From: Ruditapes philippinarum
Taxonomy: Eukaryota
Direction of reading: 5' to 3'
NCBI RefSeq assembly: GCF_026571515.1
Contig: NW_026853235.1
Span: forward strand, 124,001 to 188,000
DNA: 64,000 bases
The first letter of the stretch is position 1, and each line of letters opens with the position of its first letter. Positions 1 through 14,605 of this stretch are shown here, piece by piece. A program made the translations under genes and the position numbers. The notes under the pieces are model-generated. The model was not told where the DNA came from, ran no database searches, and was given only the letters and a program-made list of their open reading frames with translations.

Positions 1-198
1 CGTCATAGGAAATAATTATTTAATTATTCTATTCTATTATTTATTTGTTAAGTTTATATCAGAAATAAATGTATTAGTTAATTACTTTATCATTTGTTTC
101 AGAGAATCGCTTTGTTTTATGCTGATGTGTGAAAATAAAAGATATATACTGTATAGAAGCGCATACTCGAGTCTAGTTGTTATCCGAAACCCTTTACA
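1..198 (+). repeat. 5' LTR (3' portion) of the BEL/Pao element
   Basis: Direct repeat of 6728-6925, ending ...CCTTTACA. Confidence 0.93.
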
Positions 199-435
199 AT
201 TCTCGACTAGTCATCGTGATGGACTAGAAGTTTGATATTTGTGGATGAGAAATTACAGATTCATGGAAAAGAAATTACATATATTGACAGAAGAATAAGC
301 GGTATGTGACAGAGGTTTCTAATTACTAAATTTGAAGAAATAAGATAAAGATACTTACTATTAATACAAGTGAATTCGTGTGATGATAAATCAATAACTC
401 TAAAAGTGTTATAAACTATAGAGCAAACAGACTTT

Positions 436-3400
436 ATGAGTGCAAGGAGAACGCGAACAGCACATCTTTCACAACTGATAAAGATTTACAATGAAATTGA
501 AAAACAGATGGTGTCTTATGAAAATACAGAAAAAGTGAAAGAATTATATGACCGTCTATGTAATAGATACGAACTTTTCAAACCAGTACATTTACAATGT
601 ATGGATTTGTGCAAAGATACGGAAACTTTTGAGACTTTAGAAAATAGTTATATAAGCCAGCAAAACAATTTTGTTGAATGTAAGGAACACTATACGGAGT
701 GAATTAAATGTTTAGATTCGGCAGCAGACGATGATAACGTGTTTGTGCGCACGAGAGCTAGTTCGGTACAGTCATCACGTGCAGCTATGCAAAACGCAAA
801 AGCAAAGCGGCTTGTTGCAGAACACCGATTAAAAATGTTGAGAGAAAAACAGAGACTTGAACGGCAGCAAAAGGAAATAGAGAATGAACGAGAACTATTA
901 GAACAGGAGAGCGAGATAGAAATTGCTAGAAATGAGGAGTCAGTTTTTACTGAGAGTAACGAAGAAATTCCAGTAAGTGCACGAATTACGGAACAGACGC
1001 ATCAGGAAAATGAACGTGTCATAGATGTTTCTACTTCCGGTCACACAAATGTACCACGTGATACTTCAGATAGTGCAGGATCTCATGTGTTTTTACAGAA
1101 CAGATTTGATGATGAGTCCGTATCTAAGGTTACAGAACAGTCAAGATTTAATGGTAAGGCAGTCAATACCTTAACTTCCGGTTCGAGTGATAGCAGTAAT
1201 TCAGCATTTGAGAAACTAGCAACAATATTACAAGAAGGGTTTAACTTACCAAAGCCCGAATCATTAACATTTAATGGTTCTGCGATAGATTATTGCAAGT
1301 TTATCAAGAATTTTGAGACAAACTTAGAGGCAAAAGTAAGTGATGATAGACTTAGATTAAGCTACCTTATTCAATATTGTAATGGTGAGGCGAAATCATG
1401 TATTGAAGATTGCGTATTGTTAGATTCTAATGAAGGGTACAGACAAACTAAAGCTATTTTACAGTCACGTTATGGTAGGCCACATGTAATTGCCAGAAAT
1501 TACATTGATAAACTGTTGTATGGCCCTCAAATTAAAGCCTCTGATATTGACGAACTATCTAAGTTAGCATTAGATATGCAGAGATGTCATATGACCCTAT
1601 CCCAATTAGGTTTTGTTTCTGATGTAAATAATTCAGAAAACTTAAGACGAATTGTTAGACGTTTGCCTATGCATATGCGAATCAAGTGGGCAGATATTGC
1701 ACATACAATCTATGAGTGCGGCAAAGAGCCGAGATTCTTTGATTTGTTGAAATTTGTTGAAGAAAGATCACGTGTTGCTTGTTCGGTATATGGTATTGAT
1801 ATTGTTAAAGAAAATGTACCATCCCAAGTAAGAAAACAGCACCATAGTCTGCCTAGTACTTCTGTTAAAGGCAAAATAACTACCTTGTCGTCATATACTG
1901 AAAGTGATATACACAAGAACGAAAGAAAATGTTATTGCTGCTCTGGTTCATGCTTAGATCATGTCATAGATTTAAGAAAATGACTTTAACAGATAGAAAG
2001 AAATATGTTGTTAAGAACAGATTGTGTTTCAATTGTCTTAAACGCAATCACATGTCTAATGAATGTAGGAAAGAAAAATCATGTACTATACCTGATTGTA
2101 GCAGCAAACAATACACATTAGTACATAGCTGGTTCCCGGTAGGTTCTGATAACTCTGTAACGCTACCTTCAATAAATTGTACGGCCACAAATGGCTCATT
2201 TTTTAAAACATGTTTGGGGATTATACCTGTAACTGTTAAGGATAGGGACGGTTACTTCTGTGAAACATATGCCCTGCTTGACGATGGTGCTGACAAAACC
2301 CTGTGTGACGAAAAGCTTATAAGGAAGCTGAATATATCTAGTAGGCCAGTTACTTTCCAGATTTCAACTGTTAATTCAACAAGGAACGCAATACACGGAA
2401 AAGAAGTGGACCTAACAGTGAGCCCTATTTCTGGTGAGAGTGAAGTGAAGCTTCACAATGTTTGGACAGTAAAACAATTTTTCTTATTTCTACGCGATCT
2501 GCAGCTACTGCCGATGATATTAGAAATATACCATATTTAAGTGACTTGAATATTCCGAACGTGAACGTTAATGAAGTCATGTTACTAATTGGCACGGATA
2601 CACCGGTAGCACATATTCCCTAGAGATACGAACCGGAAGTAGTAATGAGCCATATGCAGTGAGAACGCAACTTGGTTGGGCAGTTCGTGGACCAATACCA
2701 TACAATAATTCAAAACATAATAAAACAGACAACAGAAGACCCCAATTAACATTCATTTCGGTCAGTCAAGTGACGCCATACTACAACAACAACTTGAACG
2801 TATGTGGACGTCAGACTTCAATGACGCATCCTATAATGAGAAAAATTCCATGTCAGTTGAAGATAAGAGAGCACTTGGAATTATGGAATCTACACTTTCT
2901 CATGTTAATGGACACTACGAGATGGGATTACCTTGGCGACAGGATGACACAAAATTGCCGAATAATTTAGTGCTTGCGCATGCGCGATTGAACCACCTGA
3001 AAAGAAAACTTTCTCGTGACAACGTGTTAAATGAGATGTATACCAAAACAATGACAGACTATATTGATAAAGGATTCGCAAAAGAAGTGACAAATAAAGA
3101 TACGAACTCTGAACAGATATAGTATTTACCCCACCATCCTGTAGCAAATGTGAATAAGCCCGGAAAAGTGCGTGTTGTATTTGATTGGGCGGCAAAATAT
3201 AAAGGTATTTCATTAAATAGTCAACTTTTACAAGGTCCTGATATGATGAACAGTCTTGTAGGCGTATTAATCAGATTTCGACAAGAAAAGGTAGCTCTTT
3301 CCGCTGACATAGAGGCAATGTTTCACCAGGTATGTGTATGTGAGAAGGACTGTGATGCCCTACGTTTTCTGTGGTGGCCTGGTGGAGATTTATCTATAAC

Positions 3401-6111
3401 ACCCATGACTTATTGTATGAAAGTCCACTTATTTGGAGCAACTTCCTCTCCGAGCTGCGCTGCGTATGCGCTGAGAAGAACTGCCATTGACAATGCAGAG
3501 AGATTTGAACCTGCAGTATTATCAACTGTAAAGAGAAACTTTTACGTAGACCACTGCCTGAAGTCTGTAGAATCTGAAAATAAAGCTGTTAAACTTGCAG
3601 CAGATTTACAGTCCCTGATGTGTTTAGGTGGCTTCAGACTCACAAAGTGGATAAGCAACAGCCGGAGGGTACTTAATACGATTCCGGAATCTGAATGTGC
3701 GCCGACGGTCGTTAGCCTCAACCCTGGAGACGTACTGCCTTGTGATCGTGCGCTAGGCGTCAATTGGAATGTCAATGACGATAAAATAACATTTAAGATT
3801 AAAATAAGCAAAAAACCCTTAACAAGACGCGGAATTCTTTCCATAGTAAGTGCGATTTTTGATCCACTAGGACTTGTATCACCTGTGACGTTGCGTGCTA
3901 AGGCAATTGTACAGAGCCTATATAGGAAGAAGATAGGGTGGGATGAAACCATTCCGCAGAAAGAAATAGAAGATTGGCAACAGTGGATAGCAAATCTACC
4001 ATCGTTAGAAAAAATTAGTATTGACCGTTGTTTCCGTCCAAATTACTTCAGTAAATTGAAGAACGTACAGCTGCATGTGTTCAGCGATGGCTCAGAAACA
4101 GGTTATGGCGCATGCGCATACTTACGATTGACGGATATACAGAATAGAATTTCATGCAGTTTTGTTATTGGTAAATCTAGATTAGCACCAATAAAGCAAA
4201 CAACCATTCCAAGATTAGAGCTGTGCGGAGCTGTAGTAGCATGCCGCCTTTATGCTATGTTGTCAGAAGAACTTGACTTAAAGGTCGACCAAGTTACATT
4301 CTGGACGGATTCTATGATATTACTTGGATATATAAACAACAATAACAGACGATTTAAGACATTCGTCGGAAATAGAATCAGCTACATTCACCAGACTACA
4401 TCCTCTGAGAAGTGGCGTTATGTCGATTCCGGTTTCGAACCCAGCTGATATTGCTTCGAGGGGCATCCATCCAAATGACATTCATGGTCTTAAAATATGG
4501 CTAGAGGGACCAAAATACTCATTACAAGACGAATTGACTTGGCCTAAACTCCCACATAAGCTACAAATTGCAGGTGATGATTCCGAAGTTAAGAGAGAGA
4601 TTATTGTTAATACCACCGCATCGTACACAGGACCTCATATAGAAGACCTCATTAACTATTATTCCGATTGGACAATGTTGCTTAGAGCAGTTGCTTGGTT
4701 ACTGAGATTCATAACATATTGCAGACGACATCACTTGACTTTGAATGAACAACCAAAACGAGGAAATCTTACCGTTTCCGAGATAAAGAACGCAACTTAC
4801 GCTATAGTACGACATATACAGAACTCAAGCTTTAAACAGGAACTGAACGATATTAACAAAGGAAATCCTGTAAAAAGAGACAGTAGATTATCTACATTAA
4901 ACCCCATACTTGTTAATGGACTAATCCGTGTATATGGAAGAAATACCCATAAAGAATATGATACGTGCCCGATTATCCTTCCGCACGATAGTCACGTGAC
5001 AGAATTGATTATTCGTCATTACCATAATTCAAACGGACATGTTAGTAAACAACATGTACTTGCTGAAACACGGACGAAATACTGGATATTAAAGGGACCC
5101 AGTACTATAAAGAAAGTTATCAGAGATTGTTTTATATGTAAGCGACAACACAGTCTACCTCTTAGGCAACAGATGGCGCCCTTGATCAAAGAACAGACGA
5201 CCCTCGATAAACCCCCATTCACCTATGTCGGTGTAGACTACTTCGGCCCTTTGATAGTGAAATCAGGTAGAACTTGGTTAAAAAGATACGGATGTCTCTT
5301 TTGTTGTCTAACTACAAGAGCAGTCCACATCGAAATAGCACACAGTCTAACAACTGATTCTTTCATAGCTGTTTATCAACGCTTTACAAGTCGTCGAGGG
5401 TATCCAGAAAAGCTATATAGCGATAACGGAACGAATCTTGTTAGCGGAGACAAAGAGTTAAAAAGCTCAATAAAACAATGGAACCAGTCTAAAATCGAAC
5501 AACTTCTTGTGCAACATGATGTAGACTGGCACTTTAACCCACCCTATGCCAGTCATATGGGCGGGTCATGGGAACGCTTGATAAGGTCAACGCGTACTAT
5601 TCTCAAAGCTGTTGTGAGAGAACAACTCCTTACAGACGAAAAGTTATTGACCCTGATTGCCGAAACTGAACGAATAATCAACGATAGACCCATAACTAAT
5701 GTAAGCAGTGATCCGAGGGACCTACCGGCACTCACGCCAAACATGCTTCTTTTAATGAAGTCTAATCCTTGTTTACCAGTCGGCATTTTTAACAAAGGAA
5801 GACATCTATAGCAAGAGATGGTGGAGACAAATCCAATATTTAGCGGACATATTTTGGAAGGGTGGGTAAAAGAGTATTTACCAACCCTACAAGCCAGGCA
5901 GAAATGGCAAAGGGAAACTAGAGACGTACATGTAGATGACGTTGTGCTTGTGGTAGACAATAGTGTTCCTAGAGGACAGTGGCCACTAGGCAGAGTAACC
6001 GAAGTCATTAAGGGTAGGGATGGGCATATTCGTAAATGTAAAGTTCAAACTAGGGACTCAGCTATGATAAGGCCAATCACAAAGTTGTGCCTTTTAGAAT
6101 GTTCAGACTAA
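436..6111 (+). pseudogene. BEL/Pao gag-pol polyprotein, broken by stops and frameshifts
   Basis: DUF1759-like gag (FNGSAIDY..F...RLSYLIQYCNGEA); zinc knuckle CFNC..H...C; aspartic protease LLDDGAD; RT ([35 protein letters not shown] in place of YVDD); RNase H LHVFSDGS...PRLEL...FWTDS; integrase GVDYFGP...SDNGTN...WERL; C-terminal RPITKLCLL. Split over at least 8 ORFs. Confidence 0.93.
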
Positions 6112-6351
6112 TTATTGTATTACGCTGAAAATATTTCACAAGATTATGTTAATGTTTAAAAGGATACATACTGTGTATTAAATAGATTGTTTAAACATAA
6201 GCAAGTACTTTAATATAATGCATGATTTATTGCAAATATAATCATTCTAATGAACATGAAGTTCGTTGCAATTTACATTTTTGTATCGATAATATATTGT
6301 TATTTGACATTAAATGATTTTGATGAAATTAAGATATTTCATGGAGGGCAC

Positions 6352-6925
6352 TGTAAGAATCGTTTATTACCGATTCTAATTAAAAAATATAATATATATC
6401 TTACGTTAAGCGTTGTTTGGCGCCAACTTATTTAACGTTACGCGCTGAATAGTTTAGCGCGTCATTTTGACGTAATTGTTTGTTATGAATTTAAAAGGTA
6501 ACTTCCGTTATATGTAGCGGCGTTAAACGTTAAAGCTGAAACTGTATTTTAAAGGTTTCGATGTGAAAGACATTATAGTCGGTATGATAGCTGCTTAAAT
6601 TATTTTGATTTATTTATTTGTTAACGGATAAAAAGAATTTTCTAATGAAGTATTTATTAATTTTAATCAATTGTTACGATTATTTATTTTATGGATTTTA
6701 ACTGTACTTCTGTTTATTAAGATTCTTCGTCATAGGAAATAATTATTTAATTATTATATTCTATTATTTACTTGTTAAGTTTATATCAGAAATGAATGTA
6801 TTAGTTAATTACTTTATCATTTGTTTCAGAGAATCGCTTTGTTTTATGCTGATGTGTGAAAATAAAAGATATATACTGTATAGAAGCGCATACTCGAGTC
6901 TAGTTGTTATCCGAAATCCTTTACA
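6352..6925 (+). repeat. 3' LTR (574 bp) of the BEL/Pao element
   Basis: Begins TGTAAG right after the PPT-like tract, ends TTTACA, and contains AATAAA. Confidence 0.88.
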
Positions 6926-8171
6926 TATGCAATTGATAGAAGAAAGGAACAATTATAAAATAGATATTAAAACAATCTTAGATATTTGCCTGGATTGGTA
7001 TTAAATTGTCGATATACCTAAAATTATCGAAACAAAATATATGCATTGTTGTGTATAATGTTCATTCAATGTATGTTTGCTTTTGTTGTATTTATTATGG
7101 TGTGTTTGCCATATTTATATTTATGTTTGTATTGCCAAAGGCAGGTTTCTGCCGAATTGCAAATAAAATATTGACTTTGACTTTGCTAAATCAGTCAGTT
7201 ATCGCACATAAAATGTTCACTAATTTTTGGACCAAGCTTTCTTAAAAGTTCAGTATAACTATTTCAAATTTGACTTTCTTAAAACATTTTTGACTTTCTT
7301 TCTAGAGGCGTGCAGGTTACTATATACTAGTATGCATAAAATATAAATGAAAACACTCCAGTGATTATAAAGATTTAAAATGTTAATTTAATTATTTTAA
7401 TTCAAATGGTGATGAGGATGTTAATTAAGTAATTTCTTCCTTGCAACTATTTTTCCAGATTTGTTTTTATTTAAATGTGAAATTTAAAAAATTGTTTCAA
7501 CAATTGATGACTAATTGTTAAACATAGGATATCATACGTGTTTTAACAAATTCTATTTCATTTACTATCAATATTTATGTTCAACGGTATTCAGAGCGCT
7601 ACTTTTATAACTTAAAACATAGTAGAACTTCAAGAATTTATATGTATTTTTTCTGTCATCATAATATCGTTTTGTTTCATCCGTTTTTTACTTTGAATTT
7701 TGTATATGTCTGACAAAAAATGTTTAATTTGCTTCAATGTTTATAACAACTTTTTCAATTCCATAATGAACATTTTCAGATTACTTAAGGGCCTTATCTT
7801 TTCAACTGAAAACGTTGCATGCTCCCCGTGGATACACTCTGACACACCAATGTGACATTTTAACATCGATTTGATTCATGGCAAGACGTTCTATACAAAT
7901 ATTGAGGGATTGACCTATAATTGCAATTCTAGGTAATTATTGCATATTTTGTTATATTTCATAGCTTTTAAAATTTCTGCTATCATCAATATATGTACTA
8001 CTTATGTTAATAAAGTTTGGATCATTTTCGGTCATTGTGCATTTTAGTTAAGATGAATTACTCACCATAACTATATCCATACTTGAAAAATTTATCAATT
8101 TACGCTTTTCAAAAGGTGAATGTATCTTAGACTGCTGACATATACAATGTTAGGGTCATATGTAGGTTTAT

Positions 8172-8697
8172 GAGTTTCTGTGTATATATGTGATGATCTT
8201 CAGTAATCATACACTTTGTCTCACTATCAGAGTTTCTGCGTATATATGTGATGATCTTCAGTAAGCATACACTTTATCTCACTATCAGAGTTTCTGCGTA
8301 TATATGTGATGATCTGCATTAATCATACACTTTGTCTTACTATCAGAGTTTCTGCTTATATATGTGATGGTCTTCAGTAATCATACACTTTGTCTCAATA
8401 TCAGAGTTTCTGCGTATATATGTGATGATCTTCAGTAATCATACACTTTGTCTCACTATCAGAGTTTCTGCGTATATATGTGATGGTCTTCAGTAATCAT
8501 ACACTTTGTCTCAATATCAGAGTTTCTGCGTATATATGTGATGATCTTCAGTAATCATACACTTTGTCTCACTATCAGATTTTCTGGGTATATATATGTG
8601 ATGATCTTCAGTAATCATACACTTTGTCTCACTATCAGAGATTCTGCGTATATATATGTGATGATCTTCAGTAATCATACACTTTTTCTCACTATCA
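8172..8697. repeat. Minisatellite, about 58-bp unit x 9
   Basis: Unit GAGTTTCTGCGTATATATGTGATGATCTTCAGTAATCATACACTTTGTCTCACTATCA repeated head to tail. Confidence 0.95.
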
Positions 8698-11034
8698 GGA
8701 GTTTTCCTCAGTTACCACACCTGGTCTGCTGTGCTCAATCCTGACAATGTTGATTGAAGATATATCGAAAAAGTAATATCATGTTTTGATGAAAAAAAAA
8801 ACAAATAATTTTATACATTTATCTCATTCAGTTCATTTCATAATGCACGCGTAAATATGGACTGAAGAAAAGTAGCAAATCTGTAAAACGTATGTCAAAA
8901 TATTGAACCCTAAACGGTTGATATGATAAAATACAGCTTGTAATTATTGTTAAAGAATTTTTCAAGTCAAACCATGTTTATTCTGGTTATTTCACTCCCT
9001 TATTTATATACCCAGAGCCATTTTTGACCAAAACTGGCATGCATTTTCCTTAAACGAGTTTAACAGCAATAATAATTATAAAGCAATACACAAATATTTG
9101 GTGTAATTTTTCCCTTTAATTTTATATAAATCAGGACGGGATTTCAAACATTTCAAGTGTCTTACACACATCCACTTAACACTACAAGTGCCTCTTAATT
9201 ACATACACTTATTATCAAGTGTCCGTTATATTAAACAATGATACCCACGTAATGTAATACCTTCCTTGTTAGTTTTACATTAAATTGTATATTCAGATTG
9301 ATTTCAAGTATTTCAGCCACTTTATATTATTATATACATGAATAAAAAGAAATACTCGGAAAACATCTTGACACTGGAAATAAAATAACAATCAAATGAA
9401 TAAATGTGAAATGTAAAAGTGTTCTCTGTTGCGAGGACAATATATCAAGTGTCGTTTGGGTAGATGAAATTAGATCGGTCAACTTAAAATTTCCTTAAAA
9501 TTCTCTTTCATATGGTACTTATAATACGATTAAGCGAGTTTCTGTCAGGGGTTGAAGGTTACATGGACAAGTTTATAAGCACAGTCGTTACTTAAAAATG
9601 AGTTTAACAGTGGAATAACGTCATCATTGCGGTTGGAAAAATGATTACTTAAGTGCAGTAATTGTATTTGAATCGAGAACTATGCTTTAAAGAACAAGAT
9701 AAAAAATATATTTATATGGAAATTTATAGAATCATAAATTAATATTTAGGCCTAAAGAAAAAAAAACAAAAAAAAAAAAAACAACAGACTTTCATTTATA
9801 AGCATAAACTATTACAACGATTTGAAAGTATTTCTTGAAAATCAGACTGTTGTGTCCGTTATTTTTACTCATGCCGAAGCTTTATCTGCCATGGGGTGCC
9901 AGATTAGTTGCGTGCTATATAATAGCATGCTTTGGATGACGTTATTTCGCCTTTGCGAATAAAGTTTTAATTTTATACGCTGTTGTACAAAAAAAAATCG
10001 GGTGTAATGAGATCAATTTTCCATAGAAAACATGATTTTTACCTAAAAACTGCACAGTGCTAATTTTATCAAGAAATTTTTGCGTCAATTTAGATTTTGC
10101 AGTTCCACGATTATGTCATTTGACCACTATGTTGGAAATGTCATGTCACGGCTCCTATAATAATTTTATTCGGTTAAGTTTAGTAAAACTGTTAGCTGTA
10201 TTTCTTTAATGCTTTTAGATGGATGACTGTTTAATCAGTGAAAATTAATTGATAATACCACAGTGGAACTTGATAAATAACTTAAATTTCAAGTTTTGAA
10301 AAGAGAAAAAAAATCTTATTTCATCTCATTAAAATTACCAATCACCAATTTTTGTATCGTCCGACTCTCCAAGTTATTTTAATTTCATTTCAACAGTCCA
10401 ACCAACTGAAATGTCAATAAATATTGTCAAAGATGTATCGGTAACACTCAATTCCTGAAAATGAGTTGAGAATATTTCTTAATTTACGTTTTCTTGAATT
10501 ATTTAATAAGCGATATTCAGTATCAATAATTGGTCAATCACTATAATTGTTCCTAATCTTTTGAAATGGATAACTTACATGAAAGGGACAATTTCAGCAT
10601 TATGCCACTTTTTTCATTCCAAAATGTCTACAATTTTGATATTTATTTCTGATCTTCCTTATCTATAACCACAGTCTATCTCAAATGGATGTCAGCTTTT
10701 TTGTTTGTTTTTTCCTTATTGTCTTTTCTTGGGGTGGCGGCTGATGGGAGGTCAAGGGCAAGCCGAAGTTCATTTACAATCACGCCATTGGTGATATCAA
10801 CAGACGCTTAGAACATTTATCAGAGTAAGCTTTTTAGCTTTTACAAAATATCTCAGATATATAATTTCTTTTCAATTTTTACACTTGTTTTTCATAAAAT
10901 GAAAGTGGATGAACAACCTGAAATTGAGTTTGTCCTAATCATGTGAACAACATTTTGAAAATATATATTAATATACATAAATAAGAATCCCTTGAAAAAT
11001 TAACACGGAATAATTGAAACCTTTTTGCTCATAA

Positions 11035-11399
11035 NNNNNNNNNNNNNNNNNNNNNNNNNNNNNNNNNNNNNNNNNNNNNNNNNNNNNNNNNNNNNNNNNN
11101 NNNNNNNNNNNNNNNNNNNNNNNNNNNNNNNNNNNNNNNNNNNNNNNNNNNNNNNNNNNNNNNNNNNNNNNNNNNNNNNNNNNNNNNNNNNNNNNNNNNN
11201 NNNNNNNNNNNNNNNNNNNNNNNNNNNNNNNNNNNNNNNNNNNNNNNNNNNNNNNNNNNNNNNNNNNNNNNNNNNNNNNNNNNNNNNNNNNNNNNNNNNN
11301 NNNNNNNNNNNNNNNNNNNNNNNNNNNNNNNNNNNNNNNNNNNNNNNNNNNNNNNNNNNNNNNNNNNNNNNNNNNNNNNNNNNNNNNNNNNNNNNNNNN
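11035..11399. other. Assembly gap (N run)
   Basis: 365 N bases. Confidence 1.
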
Positions 11400-11557
11400 G
11401 ATATGTACATGTTGTTGATGGGACTCGAACCCCGAAGGGTAATACATATTTGAAGAAATCAATCTTATTGCTAAGCCACGGACGGTCTTTTGTATATGTA
11501 TATTATTCCTTTTATGTATGTATATTATTTCAGGAAAGTTAAAACCACTTGAAATGA

Positions 11558-13140
11558 ATAACATAACATAACATAACATAACATACGTTTTATTGTAGTT
11601 AAAGGCCTCCGGCCCACGATACACATAATATTGTACATTTTTATAATAGTTCATTATTTACAAAATAAATGATGCATCAACAATATATAATTCATATACA
11701 TAAAATATTATTCGTGATCAATACTTAAGCGGTAATTATTTACGAATAAGTGAGTAACAAGAGTATTATTATCAACATTAACATGCTGAATTTAAGAATG
11801 TGTTTTAAAGCACGGCAAAGGAACAACTTATTTGTGTTCTTTAAATACTGTTCACTGTATAATTTTGGTATGCATTTAACATCATCTAGTTCTTATTATC
11901 GGTTCCAGTTAGTTAAATTAGGATGTTCCAACATTTTTAATAAACATATTTCTAGTTTCCAAAGCTTTGTATATATAGTTTGCAAGAGCGAAAATGCCCA
12001 ATTCATCGTCACATGACATAATTGAATAAAATAAATTTATGTTTGGTTCACAGTTAAGCCAAGTTTGAATCAAACATTGTGTTCTCAGATCATCATATAA
12101 TTTACATAGGAGCAACATGTGATACTCATCCTCAACATAATGAGCTTTGTTATTTAGACAAATTGGACAATATCTGAATTGTCGGTCAATATTTTGGTGG
12201 CGTCCTTTTTCAATCATTAAATTGTGACCAGAGCATCTAAAGTTCGCCAATTGTCTTTTCAATTTAAATGGCAGATGTATTGACAGATATCTCTCTGTAT
12301 CTAGATGAGATTTAAAGTGCTTATAATAATTGGCTTTGGGTGAGTTTTCTTCTTGCGAGAGGATATTTAGCGTAGCTCGATCGTTGACTCTATCAACCAG
12401 TAATGCCATAAAGTTTGTATGATTTCCAATTTCTTGAGCAATCCACGCATATCCAAACCCATATTCAAACAAAACATCCTTAATACAGGTTACCCATGTT
12501 TTCCTACCGGCCTCGTCTAGTCTGCGTAGCATTAAATAGCATTGTCTTGGATAACGCTCATTTGGCATTTGTAATAGTTTAGTCCAGTATTTTACACATT
12601 TGGTTATATAATGTACTGAAATTGGAGCCCTGCCACATTCGCGGAGCGGGAAAAAGTTAGCTACATTCTGGTTTAGACCACAAATACGTCTGCAAAAGTC
12701 TGTGTGCACTTTCTCAATAATGGCTGAATACTGATAGCCCCAAATTTCTGCACCATAACACAAAATCGGTCGGACTATCGTGTCAAATAATTTAAAAGCG
12801 TCTTTAGGGCTAAAGGTACCAAAGTATCGTTGCTGACTCAGAATACAATACACTGCTTTAGAAGCTTGTTTGGCAAGAGTTGTTCGCGTGAGAGACCAAC
12901 ACAATTTAGGAGTGAAATATAGTCCCAAATATTTATAGTATGAAACCACTTCTAATTTGATGCCATTAAAGTACCAGCGTTCGTAGTTACGCAATGGGCC
13001 ACCGTTTCGAAAAACCATGACTTTAGATTTATCGGTGTTTAATTGTAGTCCACTATTATTGCAAAACATTTCTATGGTATTTATATGTCTTTGTAAGTTT
13101 ATAGCTGTATCTGCAAATGTTGAAACGTCATCGGCAAATA
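11558..13140 (-). mobile_element. 5'-truncated non-LTR retrotransposon (RTE-X-like LINE)
   Basis: Minus strand reads LFADDVSTFAD...LQ (RT catalytic motif) from about 13140. It continues through KSKVMVF, YKYLG, PILCYGAEIWG and a C-terminal CPIC..VEDEYHMLLLC zinc motif, then a 3' UTR, AATAAA and a (TATGT)n tail at 11558-11585. Clade assignment is from motif style. Confidence 0.85.
11918..13069 (-). CDS. C-terminal part of LINE ORF2 (RT thumb plus CCHC zinc motif); N-terminus missing
   Basis: 383-aa open frame with LINE RT motifs. The frame extends upstream to the FADD motif, so the listed Met is not the true start. Confidence 0.8.
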   Translation of the reverse strand: MFCNNSGLQLNTDKSKVMVFRNGGPLRNYERWYFNGIKLEVVSYYKYLGLYFTPKLCWSLTRTTLAKQASKAVYCILSQQRYFGTFSPKDAFKLFDTIVRPILCYGAEIWGYQYSAIIEKVHTDFCRRICGLNQNVANFFPLRECGRAPISVHYITKCVKYWTKLLQMPNERYPRQCYLMLRRLDEAGRKTWVTCIKDVLFEYGFGYAWIAQEIGNHTNFMALLVDRVNDRATLNILSQEENSPKANYYKHFKSHLDTERYLSIHLPFKLKRQLANFRCSGHNLMIEKGRHQNIDRQFRYCPICLNNKAHYVEDEYHMLLLCKLYDDLRTQCLIQTWLNCEPNINLFYSIMSCDDELGIFALANYIYKALETRNMFIKNVGTS

Positions 13141-14605
13141 CTTATTGATCACTAACAAATTTGTTTCTCCTAAATGACATCTCTTAGAATCAGGAGGAAA
13201 AACCTACACAGATGAATGAAATATCATAATGTCCTGATCTTAACCTTGATTAATCTCAGTCTTCTAAATTGTCTTGTGAACTTTTTATTGAATGTCATTT
13301 TTATATTTAGTCTGTGTGTCATACAATGATTGTCGGATATCTTATCTGATAAGATAATATCGATGCCCCGTTTATATGTAGGTTGTTTTATCACAGCCTG
13401 TTCTTTTACATATACCTCTAATTATATAACCATCAACTCTTTTCGCTATTTGTTAAATTTAACGCCGATAGTGTGCCAGTAGTTATCTAGCAGTAATAAG
13501 AAAAAACAAACAAAGAGGTTTTGTTTGAAAATCATATCTTATTATGTTCATGCTTTGTGAAAATGATTGATAATTGTAAGAAAACAAAAGGCACATGGGC
13601 ATCGACATTATATAATAAAAATAGACACCAACAATGTATTGATATAATAGTAGCAATAGAATACTTTCGCATATATTATCTTTACACATTGTTGTTATAA
13701 TAAATGAATACTTTAAAATCAGTTCATATCAAAATGAAACCCAAACTAAACCCGTTTGTCTGTTTATAGATTTCAAAAGTAATTATTAAACACCATAGCG
13801 TTATTGACGTTAAGTTCAATTATAACTATTTCAAGAATAGCGTTTCTGCTTTTAAATGATATATTTTACTAAATGTACTTGATGTGCCGTCAGTCAAGTC
13901 AATGATTATTTCTGAGTTTGTGATGGAATATTCACAGATCAAAATGCTATATATCAGACGTTTAAGTATTTTGCATGTCTTTATCATTTGTAACCGGTTC
14001 AAGACAAAATAAAACAACAAGAAGACTAATCTTACCTCTTAAATATCAACATTTGAAGTTATGTCAACATTGGAAATGAAAAAAAATTAATTGGGTTTTA
14101 AGTAGCGTACCTCCAGAATCTTGTGTTCTTGCTTTTTTTGTTCAATGAAAATTTGGAAATGTATTTAAAAGTAAAAAAACATGTTTTCTGAAATAAGCAG
14201 AGAAAGTTATTAGCACACTGTATATGGCAATCACCTAAAATTACGATAAGGGATAACATATGCAAAAGTAGCCCTTGCTGTGGTAGTCACGCAGTAGCAA
14301 TCTGATGATCAATTATGCACATCGATATATCAATCGTACGCACAAGTCATACGAATTATCTATTTTCTATTTGCCTTATGTTGTCTGATATTTCTAATAC
14401 TGTTATTCATTATCGCCATTATCTTGTTTATGAATGTAGACAAGAGATAAAGAACAACTCTTTAGCACTTACAAAGTGTTTATTTTTTAAATTACCTGAT
14501 GCAAATCTTTATCAATGTCAAAACAAGTGTATTTTATATGTTTTATAATTTAGCCATGAACTTACATGTTTGTGTCAGTATATATTTTTGTTGTTATTGT
14601 TAGAG

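Larger units (their letters stand above)
1..6925 (+). mobile_element. BEL/Pao LTR retrotransposon, decayed; 5' LTR cut by the window edge
   Basis: 1-198 matches 6728-6925 with 4 mismatches counted by eye. Internal gag-protease-RT-RNaseH-integrase order with BEL/Pao-type motifs. A purine-rich stretch (ATGGAGGGCAC) lies immediately before the 3' LTR. Confidence 0.95.

Noticed and set aside
7781-7932. AG...GT-bounded exon-like segment
   Set aside because: Stops in the frames I checked and no linked exons.
8538-8744. Repetitive ORFs here and at 15200-15397, 37542-37745, 37962-38180 and 54927-56564
   Set aside because: Chance open frames in tandem repeats, with no protein motifs.
10968-11654. 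ORFs spanning the N run
   Set aside because: Artefacts of the assembly gap.
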